DNA from: Macrostomum lignano
Lineage: Eukaryota
Assembly: GCA_002269645.1 (NCBI GenBank)
Contig: NIVC01002686.1
Location: 62,001-126,000 of the forward strand
Length of the DNA stretch: 64,000 nucleotides
Reading direction: 5' to 3'
A model generated the notes under the pieces. That model made no database searches and was not told the origin of the DNA. It was given only the letters and a program-made list of their open reading frames with translations. The number at the start of each line of letters is the position of its first letter. Position 1 is the stretch's first letter. Of this stretch, positions 13,301-23,511 are shown piece after piece. The translations under genes and the position numbers were made by a program.

Positions 13301-14282
13301 GGCCCCGCTCAAGACCATACGCTGGCCAGATTCACCATGGGCAGAGATCGCCGTGGACATCGTCGGAGAACTGCAGGCGGCGCCGGCCTCTAGCAGGTAC
13401 CTCATCGTCGTGACGGACCTGCACAGCAAGTGGCCGGAGGTCATCCCGACGGCCAGCATCACCACGGAGACCATCTGCCGTGCGATGCGCAGCCTGTTCG
13501 CAAGGTGGGGGCTGTGCGAGAAGGTGCTGACGGACAACGGCCCGCAGTTTGGCAGCGAGTTCTCGGACTTCTTGGCCGAGCAGGGCATCCGGCACGTCAA
13601 GACCAGCCTCTACCATCCGCAAACCAACGGCCAGACGGAGCGTCTCAAACGGTCGCTGCTCGCCAGCATCAGAGCGGCCATGGCGGAGAACAGGCCGTTT
13701 CAAGACGCCGTGACCAACTTCTTGTCTGCCTACCGGAGCTCCAAGCACAGCCTGACGGGCAAGTCACCGGCCGAGCTCATGCTGGGTCGGAAGTGGCGCA
13801 CCGCGATCACCATGCTGTCTCCCGGAGGGGGAATGACAACGACCGAGGCGACGCCTCAGGCACTGCGGCAGCAAATCGAGGCGCGGCAGCAGCGGATCAA
13901 GGCCTACACCGATGCCAGACGAAGGGCCCGCCCCGAGACGTTCCACCCCGGCGATTGGGTGAGAATCCGACGGCCCACCAAGAAGGGCAAGCTGGGTACC
14001 CGCCTCTCACGGCCACTACAAGTGCTCCGTCAGGCGGGACACCACGCGGTCGAGCTCAGCGACGGCACCAGATGGAACCAGCAGCGGCTGATCCGAACGC
14101 CGCACCCGGCGCAGCCGAGAGAGCGGTTCGACCCACTGGTGGACTCGGCGCCAACGACCGGAGCCGGCACGGCGGCACCGGCGGCACCGGCGGCGGAGCC
14201 TCCGGCAAGAACAGCAGCGCCCCGCCGATCTGAGCGAGCCAGGCACCCGCCGATACGCTTCATGAACTGCCGCTGGGACTGA
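10311..14282 (+). CDS. Intact Gag-Pol polyprotein (about 1323 aa)
   Basis: Zinc knuckles; protease VDCGA; RT (FSKIDLKSGY, ILDD); RNase H (TDAS); integrase (HEGH..CVAC, VDIVG, TDNGPQF, NGQTER). Confidence 0.95.
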   Translation: MAASIPAPTPFLANCGSPTVPWSRWIKAFEFYYEAAQFKEPEGKEEAKPLKKSLLLHLLGFEGQRVARARQAIKENDTFAATKAELEKIFGEKPNVMVARYRFRQRQQLPGEDVKTFVAALRELTELCNYGAIQDDLIRDQLAEKTSNPRIRERLLTEKVEDLNLAKALSIAVSIEEASKEAKAMAPSTSSTAAVQSIRQPRGQKVAAKGRHRPAPAGRTAKPGGACTRCGRDHGPTTPCPAKGKTCEACGKKNHFRSCCRSQQAAVNAADEVITVYAVPGGDREVRATLELGPDRTAVSLMVDCGARVSLLSRQTADRISGAVTSPTTTKLRAYGGLPIQLSGVTELEVRYGEKAMQHRFFVAPGGDNIVGRDLMEKLGFRVDLSGQPPGIAEVSDLTADLQARYPTTFSGAIGCCTGAVHQPKVDPAVRPVQQPLRRLPLMRQEQVGAELDKMEKDGIIERVNASEWVSNLVVTAKKDGSIRICVDVREPNKALIVDKHPMPQLDEIASKIKKGRGRVFSKIDLKSGYMQMQLHESSRNLTAFITHKGLFRYRRVPFGLASAPAAFQRMLDDQAADLDGVEHILDDFIVYGRSEEEHDRRLEKLLQRLEDKGMTVNKQKCAFKQKEVEFFGFVISEAGIRPTESATAAIRDIRQPGDQKALKSFLGAANFLMRFVPHYADITEPLRRLLKADSNFDWTPECQRAFEAVKDAISKAPTLAHFDPKADTIVTTDASAKAIGAQLSQIQDGVERPVAFAARALTTTEQRYAANEREALASLWAMEKWHFYLYGRHFELRTDHQALQQLLLGPTGTGHRPLRIHRWCDRLLQYDFHVRYLPGNSNYVADLLSRWSSGSELNLIHLPDTPGPRVKAVTLEALTAGTAADETLRTAIRSVISGRWPADIDDVELRALWKVREQLSVWNNGECLAFQERAVIPESLRGQLLEQAHEGHQGIVRTKQALRDSVWWPAMDKAVETFVRHCVACETAEKNFKVSPAPLKTIRWPDSPWAEIAVDIVGELQAAPASSRYLIVVTDLHSKWPEVIPTASITTETICRAMRSLFARWGLCEKVLTDNGPQFGSEFSDFLAEQGIRHVKTSLYHPQTNGQTERLKRSLLASIRAAMAENRPFQDAVTNFLSAYRSSKHSLTGKSPAELMLGRKWRTAITMLSPGGGMTTTEATPQALRQQIEARQQRIKAYTDARRRARPETFHPGDWVRIRRPTKKGKLGTRLSRPLQVLRQAGHHAVELSDGTRWNQQRLIRTPHPAQPRERFDPLVDSAPTTGAGTAAPAAPAAEPPARTAAPRRSERARHPPIRFMNCRWD

Positions 14283-14330
14283 TTAAAGTGAAGCTTGGGG
14301 ACTGTTGGACTCCTTGAAGGAGGGGAAGAA

Positions 14331-14576
14331 TGTTGTGTATTGCAAAGGCATGCGATGCGTAGGGGTAGTTCGGGGACAGCGTTTCTAGAAACTTCCACCG
14401 CGGACTTGTTTACGCATAGTTCCAGAAGTTTCCTTCCCCGGTCTTTCTAGAACTTTCCTTCCCCGCGTGCATAAATATACGAGCCGCCCTCCTATTGGCC
14501 AAACCCCTTCTTTCGGTGCCACTGAGCGCCCGGATAATTATCTATCTTGTTTCTGCGTTTGTTAATTCAACAACAG
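14331..14576 (+). repeat. LTR3, lacking the last 4 nt
   Basis: Matches LTR1/2 except one extra G and one C>T; ends CAACAACAG and runs into a minisatellite. Confidence 0.9.
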
Positions 14577-14853
14577 TGTGATTGTAGGGGACCAGTGTGA
14601 TTGTGTAGGGATCCAGTGTGATTGTGTAGGGATCCAGTGTGATTGTGTAGGGGACCAGTGTGATTGTGTAGGCATCCAGTGTGATTGTGTAGGGATCCAG
14701 TGTGATTGTGTAGGGGACCAGTGTGATTGTGTAGGGATCCAGTGTGATTGTGTAGGGATCCAGTGTGATTGTGTAGGGATCCAGTGTGATTGTGTAGGGA
14801 TCCAGTGTGATTGTGTAGGGATCCAGTGTGATTGTGTAGGGGAACCAGTGTGA
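14577..14853. repeat. Minisatellite, 21-bp unit (GATTGTGTAGGGATCCAGTGT)
   Basis: About 13 tandem copies; resembles the 20-bp unit on the left flank. Confidence 0.95.
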
Positions 14854-15924
14854 ATGTAGCCTGTTTGAATTTCCACTGTAGGGATTGTATAGGGTTATTA
14901 CTAAACAAAGAGCCAGTGCAATAGGTGAGCTGGTACAGGACCACCAAGTTAGATGAACAGGGAGGCAAACAGATGTTAATAAGATACATAGAAAATCAAA
15001 CTTGGCCCGCATACTCTGACGCGCAAAATGTGTCGTGTGGCTATGGACTTAGTGTAAATAAATAGGAAGCGGCCCCGTGTGTTGTGTTCTGTTGGGCCCG
15101 GGCGCGACACACCGAGAAAACGAAGATTACTCTCTTCGAACGCTTACAGTCAGAGTGTCAGGACTTAGAGGGGGGCGGAGTACACACCACTAAGAGGCAG
15201 AGACTGAGAGAGAAAAAGAGAAATAGCAAGGCACAGCGCAGAACAACTGTAGAGACAGAGCAACCTTAGCGATATTTGGGCCTGCAATTGCACACTAAGC
15301 ACCGAGAGGCGGCTAAGAAACAGAACCGAACGATTTCATATGTCATTTTCTCAATTCTCTCTCTCTTGCTCTCCTGAGAGCAAAGCGGCCTCCCTCGCTT
15401 TCTAAGGGGCAAAGAACTGCGTTGGAGGGCAAAAAATTCCCAGACGTGTAACACTGAATTGGCAGCAGTTTGAAGCTTAAAAGATTGCTAAAAATGTCTT
15501 TAAATTAACTCCCGCCTCTCCAGTCTGGGTTTCTCTGCGTCATAGCCTTTTGTCATGACTCATCAGCATAGCTGGATGCCATTTTTGGGGTTATCGAGAT
15601 TCTTAGGATAATTAATTGGGTGGCTTCAAAGCACAGGTAGAGGTGGGCTAACGCCCCCGACTGTCGGCAATCCCGCGCGGCTGTCCCCTGCTTGGACTCA
15701 ACCACAGGGACATCAGGGCGGTGACCGTGGCCCTCTCGGGTCATGGCTGTTTTGCCAGGCATCATACATGATTGTGGTGGACCAGGGGTAACTCGCCTGC
15801 CCGAAAGAATACAAACGTAGTACTAATTAGATGACGAGGCATTTAGCCTTAATAAAACAGTCATAGTTACTCCTGCCGTTTATCCAAAGCTTAGCAGTGC
15901 AAAGTGTGGGGTAGAGATGCTCAC

Positions 15925-16439
15925 CTTAATGGGCAAAATGTTGCTAGTATAGTGGCGAATCATCAGCGGCACAGACTGGAAGGGCTGCGAGTACTGGCCT
16001 AGTACAAACTGGCCAGCCTTGTTGCGCTCAATTTTCATATGCAAAAATTGCGACTCAATCCGGCCGCGAAGACTCAGCGAATACTGGCCGGTGTCCGATT
16101 CGCAGGTGCGCACCAGGAATGCGCCCTCGGGATAGGCTTTGAGCAGCGACTCGGCCGATTGGCGATTCACGCCAACCTCATAGAACCACGGCTGGTCGGA
16201 TAGGGCTAGGTTTGAGTCAATCAGCGGTTCCGAGCTGGATGATGAAGCACCGGAGGCTGCGGCGGCTGGGCCGCTTTCCTGACGGACCAGCTGAGCCGGC
16301 TGCGACTGTCTGATGCCAGAGGCAGCGACAGTGGATCTGAGCCGGACTGGCGGAGATCCGGACTGATGCTGCTGATGCTGTTGCTGCGTCTTGTGAGGAG
16401 GCACAGGCGGCGGCACCGCGATGGGAAAGCCGGGCACAA
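15925..16439 (-). CDS. SHB/SHD/SHE/SHF-like adaptor, SH2-domain exon
   Basis: QPWFY...AESLL...GAFLVRTCES...YSLSLR...FLHMKI...FVLGQYSQPFQSVPLMIRHY...LPIK. Acceptor TTTTTTCTCAG at 16440; donor GTGAG at 15924. Final exon not located. Confidence 0.85.
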
Positions 16440-16806
16440 CTGAGAAAAAATTGATAGACGCGGTTGTGTGTTGGAAATAAGTTAGCTATTCTACTGACAT
16501 GTTTAGCGTAGCAAAAGTAGTGAGAGAGGCAAATAAGTAAAAAATCCGTTTCAAAGGCAATTTTTGCTTTAGCAATTCTGTAGCTCGTATGCAATATTCT
16601 TGCCCGCTATCTGCTCACTTGCACCGCTAATTACTGTACATTTGTACAGTTAAACAGTAGACCATGGAATTTATGCTATAATGCTATTTCCATGGTAACC
16701 TGACATACCAAACAGGTACAAATTGAGATAGAATGAAAAATTTCATTGACATCTATAACAATTTCTTTAAAATATACAACTACTAATAGTAGATAGTAGC
16801 GCTCAC

Positions 16807-17836
16807 CAGGCTTCTGCACAGTCTGCGCTGCAGTCCGATGAGTCTCAACCGGTAAAAATGCCCGACCAACGGCGGCCGCGGCCGCTCCGCCACCCTCCCA
16901 CGGCTCGTCATAACTGCCGATGGACACTCGGTCCTCATCCGACCGGCGCTCTTGAAGCACCGGCGGATGCCCGGCAGCGGCGGTTGCGGCGACCGAGCGA
17001 GCTGGCACAGCTGGCCGCGCATCGCCGCCGCCTTGGTGATCCTGCAGGCTGAGCGAGCGCTGCATCGCGTGGCGCAGCTCGCCGCCACCGCTGCCGTACG
17101 CATAGTCGTAGTCTGGCTCGCCCGGCGCAGCGGCTTGCGGAGCCGCACCAGCAGCAGCAGCGGGTGCAGCGGCGGCCGGGGCAAGCGGTCTTCCACCAAG
17201 CGTGATGCCGCGCTTCTGCATGCGAATATCCCAGGCTTCCTCGTAGGAGGAATCGGCCGTGTCACCGTACAAGCTGCCACCAGTTGCTGTTGGGGCCAGC
17301 GCTGAACTTGTGGGGGCGGAAGCGGCAGCAGCTACAGCACTTCCAGTACTCGAAGGCAATCGCTCAGCAGCTAGCGGCTGCGCGCTGATGATGGTGCTCG
17401 GTCTGGCAGCGCCCGACAGCGGCCCTGGTTTGACCCGCTGCTGTACCGGCTCAAACGGGCTGGCGGGATGGTGGTTCAGCACCGACAGGGCTGGCACCTT
17501 GGCAGGCTGAGGCTTCGCCGCCGCGCTGCCGCCGCTGACGCCGGCTGGCTGGATTGGCCGGAATCCGATGGCGGCTGACGGCGGAGCCGTGGGCGCCGGG
17601 GTCGGCTCGCTGTAGAAGCTCTCGGCCGGGACTACCTGAAAGGCTGGTTGCTGCTGCTGCTGCTTGGGCCTGCTGCTAGCGGCGGCTGGCATGTAGCCCT
17701 GGGCATCGGACGGCTGGCTGTACTCTTCATCAACACTGACCTGGCGCGGCTGTACTGATGCTGGATGCTGCTGCGACTGCTGCTGAGAGGACCCTGGGGC
17801 TGCGTGAGTCCATGCTAGCACTGGCGAATTGTACAT
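16807..17836 (-). CDS. SHB-like adaptor, N-terminal Pro/Ala-rich exon
   Basis: Tyrosine motifs YSQPSD, YSEP, YEEAWD, YDEPWE typical of the family; phase-1 donor G|GTGAGC at 16806 joins in frame to the SH2 exon. Confidence 0.8.
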
Positions 17837-18068
17837 CGATTACTGTTTCTAAGATGTCTCAACTTTCTTTAGTCTCTTGTTAAAGTCAAAAGTGTTTTAT
17901 TGCACCAATAAATTTCTTATTTTTAGCGTATGCACATGCTGGATGATTTGCTAATAATTTAGTATTGCAACCGCAGAACAGTTTCATGCATAATATTATA
18001 TTTGTTATGAATAAATGAGCAATTAAAAATACTCAAAAAATAACTGAGGCCCAATTTCACTTCCAAAG

Positions 18069-18420
18069 GGCCTGTCAACTTAAGCTCATAAAGTGGAGTA
18101 TATAGACATAGCCAAGTAACCTATGTACACAAATAATATGTAATTCTGCTCACAATGACACTAGGAAGTTTGGTTTGGCAAAAAAGCAACAAAAATTGGA
18201 CTTGGAGAACAATCAAGAGGATAATTAAGGACTATTATGTCAACTTAAGCTCATAAAGTAGAGTCCTTATTATCCCCTTGCTTGTTTTCCCCCATCCAGA
18301 GTTCAATTTTTGTCACTTTTTGCCAAACTCAGCTTCCTAGTGTCATTGTAAGCAAAATGACATATTATTTGTGTACATAGGTCACTTGGGCTCCACTTTA
18401 TAGGCTTAAGTCAATAGGCC
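18069..18420. mobile_element. Foldback MITE-like element with long inverted arms
   Basis: Left arm (GGCC...CCTATGTACACAAATAATATGT...CACTAGGAAG) is the imperfect reverse complement of the right arm over about 150 bp; no ORF. Confidence 0.75.
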
Positions 18421-21400
18421 ATTTAAACTTGTTAATAACTTTCCAGATATATAGCTTTTGTATTTGCTTTTTTGCAATAAAAATTAATAATCTTAACTTC
18501 AAGGCATCTTAATTCTTTCTTCAATCACTCAAAACTCCCTAAATGTTAACTCTTAAGCTATCTAGCTTGCTTTACAAGTTTCTCAAAACATAACTACATT
18601 TGTAAACATTTTGTAGTGATACAAACTATTGTGTTTTACAATACAAAAATGTCACCACCTTGGAAATAAACTTTAACCTTTTACCTAGCCAGATTGGCCA
18701 GATCAGCTTATATATCTGGTCAATATATTAATTCAATATATCTCAATCTGGTCAATATATCTGGTCAATTATGCATAGGATTAATTATGAAGCCTGTTTA
18801 TTAATATAAAAGTAGGACAGAAATAGACTTTTTGCGATTAATAATTTTTATTATAGAATAGTAAGATTAGCCTATTGGAAAATAAGGGAGCACAAGAATT
18901 GCCTGTAGACAAATTGCCTACCAAGATTTGCCTGCAGTGCATTTTGCCTATGAGCAAATTTTCCATTGAGATTTGCCCACCAAGAATTTCCCCTATTGCA
19001 ATTTGTTCATGAGTGAATTATTAGCAAGTGCCAGCCAAGGTTTTCCCACAATGATTTTTCTTGCAGCACATTTTGCCATGCAGCAGATATTGCTTGAGTT
19101 GCCTTTTCCCAATGTTTAATAAGTCTTAATAAAAAGAGATTTATCTAATCAAAACATTTGATAGTAACTACATATTGAATTCATATTTAGTCATAGTTAT
19201 TTAGTTTTATTTACATGCATCTATAAATTTCATGTATATTCTATGTTGCTTTGTCCCCCAAATTTCTGTTGCATTCTTAAGCTCTTCTTTTTTGGTTCAT
19301 TTGACATAAACATTGGTAAATTATTATGTATACTATTATACTTTTTTATTATTACAATTACTGCATAACTACAATATTCTGTTTTGGTAATTATTTAGAA
19401 AGAATTCTTTTACATTTAGAAATATAAGGAAATGCTTGAAGGCAAAATTATCTAACAGAATATAGAAACATAAAGATTAAAAATATAAAAACTTGCTTCA
19501 AGGCAAATATCTATTAGGATATAAGCTATGACCCTCTGATCCTAGTGATGCCTAGACTAAGAAAGAAACCCTTGATAAAAGATAAAAAATGAATATAATG
19601 ATTAAACTAAAGAATACATAAGATGAAATATATAGTGCTATAAGACTATGACTACTTAGGCTAATAATATATAATATATTCTAACTTTATATAATATAAT
19701 CTAAGATAGAAAAAATAGCCTTGGTACAACTTAAAATTCTAAAAGAAAAATTAGCCCCAGCCCTTGGCCTTAGAATATAAAGTTATAGAAGAAACTTTTA
19801 TAATCTTAAATTCTAAGATTAGCAAAAAATAACATAATTTTTTATATATATCCTGTCAAATAGTAATAAAAATCAAATAAAGTTCAAAGATAAAATATCA
19901 TTATTTGCTTTGTAGGTAGAGTTTTGCCATAACCAAATTTCCCATATTGTTATCTATAGCCATATCTTGGAAATTTTTATGTAGCTTATCTATATCCATA
20001 ATTTATCTATATCCTTCTGTAGCTAGTGAACTTTCTATAATAATTATATAATGCCAAGACCTTGACCTTGACAGATACCTTGGAGAGGTAGCTAGATATT
20101 GCGTATGCTGCATATGGCATTTGGAATATGCAGTAATCTAGAGAGCAAGACTAATGCTGACTAAGCCATTGTGTCAGACTAGGCCCTAACAGAAGTATCA
20201 TATTAGATTAAGACTATTATACCATTTAGGCATAGAAACTTTAAAGCTTTAAAACTTTGAAAACTCAAAAGCCAAAGGGCTTATGGGGAATTGCTAAGAT
20301 GTCAAGACTTGTTAGATTACAGGGTGGTCTATAGACATAGCGGGAAGATAAAGGTCACCTATTCTACTAGATGTCAAAGCTTATTGGCTCTAAAAATTTG
20401 TAAAATGTCAAGTCTAAAGTTAGAAGGTTTAATATAGTTCATTAAAAAAATTGTAGGCCTATTGAAATTTAAAATAGAATATTGCATTATAAAAGAAAAG
20501 AATTACTTGATAAAAAAGGAATCAGGCCTATTGTACCAATTGAGAAAATTATTACATTAGCTTGCTAGAAAGTGCTTGCTATCAGAGGGGCTATCAGAAG
20601 GTTGCTTGCTATTGTGAGATGCTTGCTTGGGAAAATTTCTAAATTGTCAAGACTTATTAGGAGAATTACTGAGATATCAACTCTAGGAAAAGGGAATTGC
20701 TAAGATAGCAAGGCTTATAGGGGCCTAGAGAGAATCACTTAGATATAGATACCAAGGCTTACAGGGGCACTTGCTAAGCTGGCAATAGTTGAAAACCTTG
20801 CAGATATCCTTACTTTATCAACTATTCTATTCAAAGGATAGCAATTATAAAAAAGCAGTTTTTTTCAACTTATTGAATGCCAAAGTATATATATTGTAAT
20901 GGGGGACATTTAGTGTCACAACTGTTCAAAAAAACAGCACAACTTATTAGGTAGACAAAGATACAATTTCAGTAGGTTATAAATGGGTAATACTAATAGT
21001 GGCTAAGTGGCTAATCCAATAGAGCATCTAACCAAATTGCTTAGTAGGATGAAGCTTGTACCATTTGAACTCTTCCAAGTACATCTTGAAGAGTTGCTAC
21101 TGTATACTACAAAATCTATATTATAATGCTCCTAGGCCTGATGTAATTGCCCTAAGGGCACAATGAAGGTTGGTGCAGGTGGACATCTAGCTATCTAGTC
21201 CCTGCAAGCAATGATTATTATCTTCAGATTGCAAGGCATTGGCAATGAAAAACTGATGGAATTTAATAAGGCAGGAAACTAGACAAAATGAAATATTTCC
21301 CACATACTAAAAATATTGACAAAATAAAAGAATTCTTGTCCTTGACTCAATGGGAATGTAATGGACCAAATAGAATATTAAATTAAATTAAATATCAATC

Positions 21401-22680
21401 ATAAGTTGTTCTGAATGCATCATTATTCAAAAATTGAAAAATTGAAATTGAAAAAAGAAAGAATACTGTCATTATTAGAATATTTATGTATAAAACAGCT
21501 TGAGGGTAGAAGTATAGTTTAGAGAGACTTCGTGAGCTGCAGCAGCACTATTTTCTAGTCTTTTTTCTTAAAATAAGATATTTTCGTACAAGTTTAAACT
21601 TTTTATTTTCGAGAAAATAGATAAAATTTCGAGAAAAGAAAATTAGAAAAGTTAATTTTTGAAAATTTTTTAATAAAAAAGAATTAGATACGCTTACATC
21701 TAAATGTCTCCTCTTGATTCCTTAAATTATTAATAAATACATTGACTTATACTGGGCAAAAGGCTTTTTGTCTTAGCCAAACCTACTATTACTACTAATA
21801 AGAGTTCCAAAAATAGAGTTTACCCGGATCCGATTTGACAACTGGGTGCTATTAAATCTAAAGTTTTTGGCATGAACAGTACTGTCACTTAGCGCTATAA
21901 AGTGGTAGACAATTTTTTTCGAAAATATCAGATTATTTATTCACGATTCATGATCTTTGTGAATGAATGAATGAATTAAATATTTTAATCGCATTCTAAT
22001 TCCTACCTTCCTTTTCATAGTTCATCTGATAATTTACTAATTTAGTTATAGTAACATGGTCTCAGAAATGATTAGCTGTTCTAGCAAGATTCGCTTTGGA
22101 TTTGGATTTGGAAAGTTTGTGCCTCTTACACTACAGCTATAACTGTGTAGGCCTCTGCAGTTGCTCCTCAATAGAGTAGCAGCAGATTTGAATTTGAATA
22201 CATCAGTAGGTGGGGTCGGTGGGGATAGGGGGGGCCTAGGCCCTAATGTTATATTAAAATGTTATATTTAACAGAGTTCTTGAAACTCAGGCTGAGACCC
22301 AGAGCCTTTTCATGGCAATTGGTTCTAGAACCAGAACCAAACAATAGCAGAGTTATGACTCACAAAGATAGGCCTAGTTGTCAACTACTATATTTGTAAG
22401 CACAAAGATCACAAAGCACAAAGAGAATTATATTAAGATCTCTGCATTTAAATTACTCTAAAATTAGTAATACTAGCTATAGCCTATAGTAGGGCATATT
22501 ACACATTGTTTCAATACTCATAGGAAAGTATATTTTGTATACTTTCAGACGTATATTTTGGATTTACTTACTTATATCATTTAGTGCCTCTTTGATCCAA
22601 TTTGCATAACACACATTTGTACATTTTTTTCATTTTTGGGATACATTGTACGAAGCTCATTGGAACCCCTACTATAGTAT

Positions 22681-23410
22681 TGTAGAAGCGGTTACTGTTT
22701 TCTAGGAAATCTTATTTCTAAAATCACGCGAAAACTATGTTTTGTTTTAACTTGCAAAATATTCTTAATATTCTACGTTTGTTATAAATATACGCAGTTG
22801 AGATAGTATAAATAGGAGCGAAGTTGGAGGTAGGAAAATTAACACTCGTTCGATAGCTATAAGCTCAAAACGTTGTTCAATACTTATTCTCAGATCATTG
22901 CTTATTTTTAAGAGGTATTGAGAGTTGGGAATCAGGGATTCATGCAAAGAGAGTACTAAGAGTGATCGCTGTGACCCTCTAATCTCGGTAACGCCCAGAC
23001 TGGAGAGAGAAAGTACATATACCAGTAAGACCGCTCAGGCCATATACTAAGAACGCTACCAGACTAATATACTAAGAACGCTACCAGACTAATATACTAA
23101 GAACGCTACCAGACTAATATACTAAGAACGCTACCAGACTAATATACTAAGAACGCTACCAGATTAATACATAAGACGCTACCAGTATATTTAAATGACA
23201 TTCTAAGAAACAGTTAGAGATACCAAAGGCAGAATTTAGTATCAGCAGAGAAAATTGAAAACCTGTAACAACTTGGTGGCAGCTTGTAGGATATTTAATA
23301 AACACTAGCATCAATAGTTAGAAATTTAGAAAGACAGAGCCAGAAGGCCTATCACAGTTAGTGTCAGCAGTGGGATTGTTCACAAAGACAGGGGAATAAC
23401 ACCTGTCACA
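22681..23410 (+). repeat. 5' LTR (730 bp) with an internal 25-bp tandem repeat (about 23042-23185)
   Basis: Direct repeat of 30661-31390. Confidence 0.96.
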
Positions 23411-23412
23411 GC

Positions 23413-23423
23413 TGGTGGCAGCG
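23413..23423 (+). other. Primer binding site, probably tRNA-Leu
   Basis: TGGTGGCAGCG, 2 nt after the LTR, complementary to the recalled tRNA-Leu 3' end CGCUGCCACCA. Confidence 0.7.
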
Positions 23424-23511
23424 ATAAGGATTAGAGAAACGGCGCGAACTCTTAAAACTAGATTTAGAAGAATTCCGAAGAATAATTTGAAAAGTTTTTC
23501 GTAGAGAGAAG

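Larger units (their letters stand above)
5769..14576 (+). mobile_element. Tandem Ty3/Gypsy (Mag-type) LTR retrotransposon, two internal units sharing a central LTR
   Basis: Three near-identical LTRs at 5769, 10049 and 14331; unit spacing 4280 and 4282 bp; single gag-pol ORF with PR-RT-RH-INT order; two Cys/His knuckles (CTRCGRDHGPTTPC, CEACGKKNHFRSCC) as typical of Mag-clade Gag. Confidence 0.95.

Noticed and set aside
6218-14398. Many antisense and alternative-frame ORFs inside the tandem retrotransposon
   Set aside because: Expected shadow ORFs of GC-rich coding DNA; no recognisable motifs.
19930-20260. Possible decayed hAT-like transposase fragment (FPILLSIA...)
   Set aside because: Too short and too degraded to support by eye.
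18890-20790. Degenerate short periodic motifs (TTGCC runs; GGGAATTGCTAAGATGTCAAG)
   Set aside because: Probably subterminal repeats of old transposons, but boundaries and family cannot be defined.
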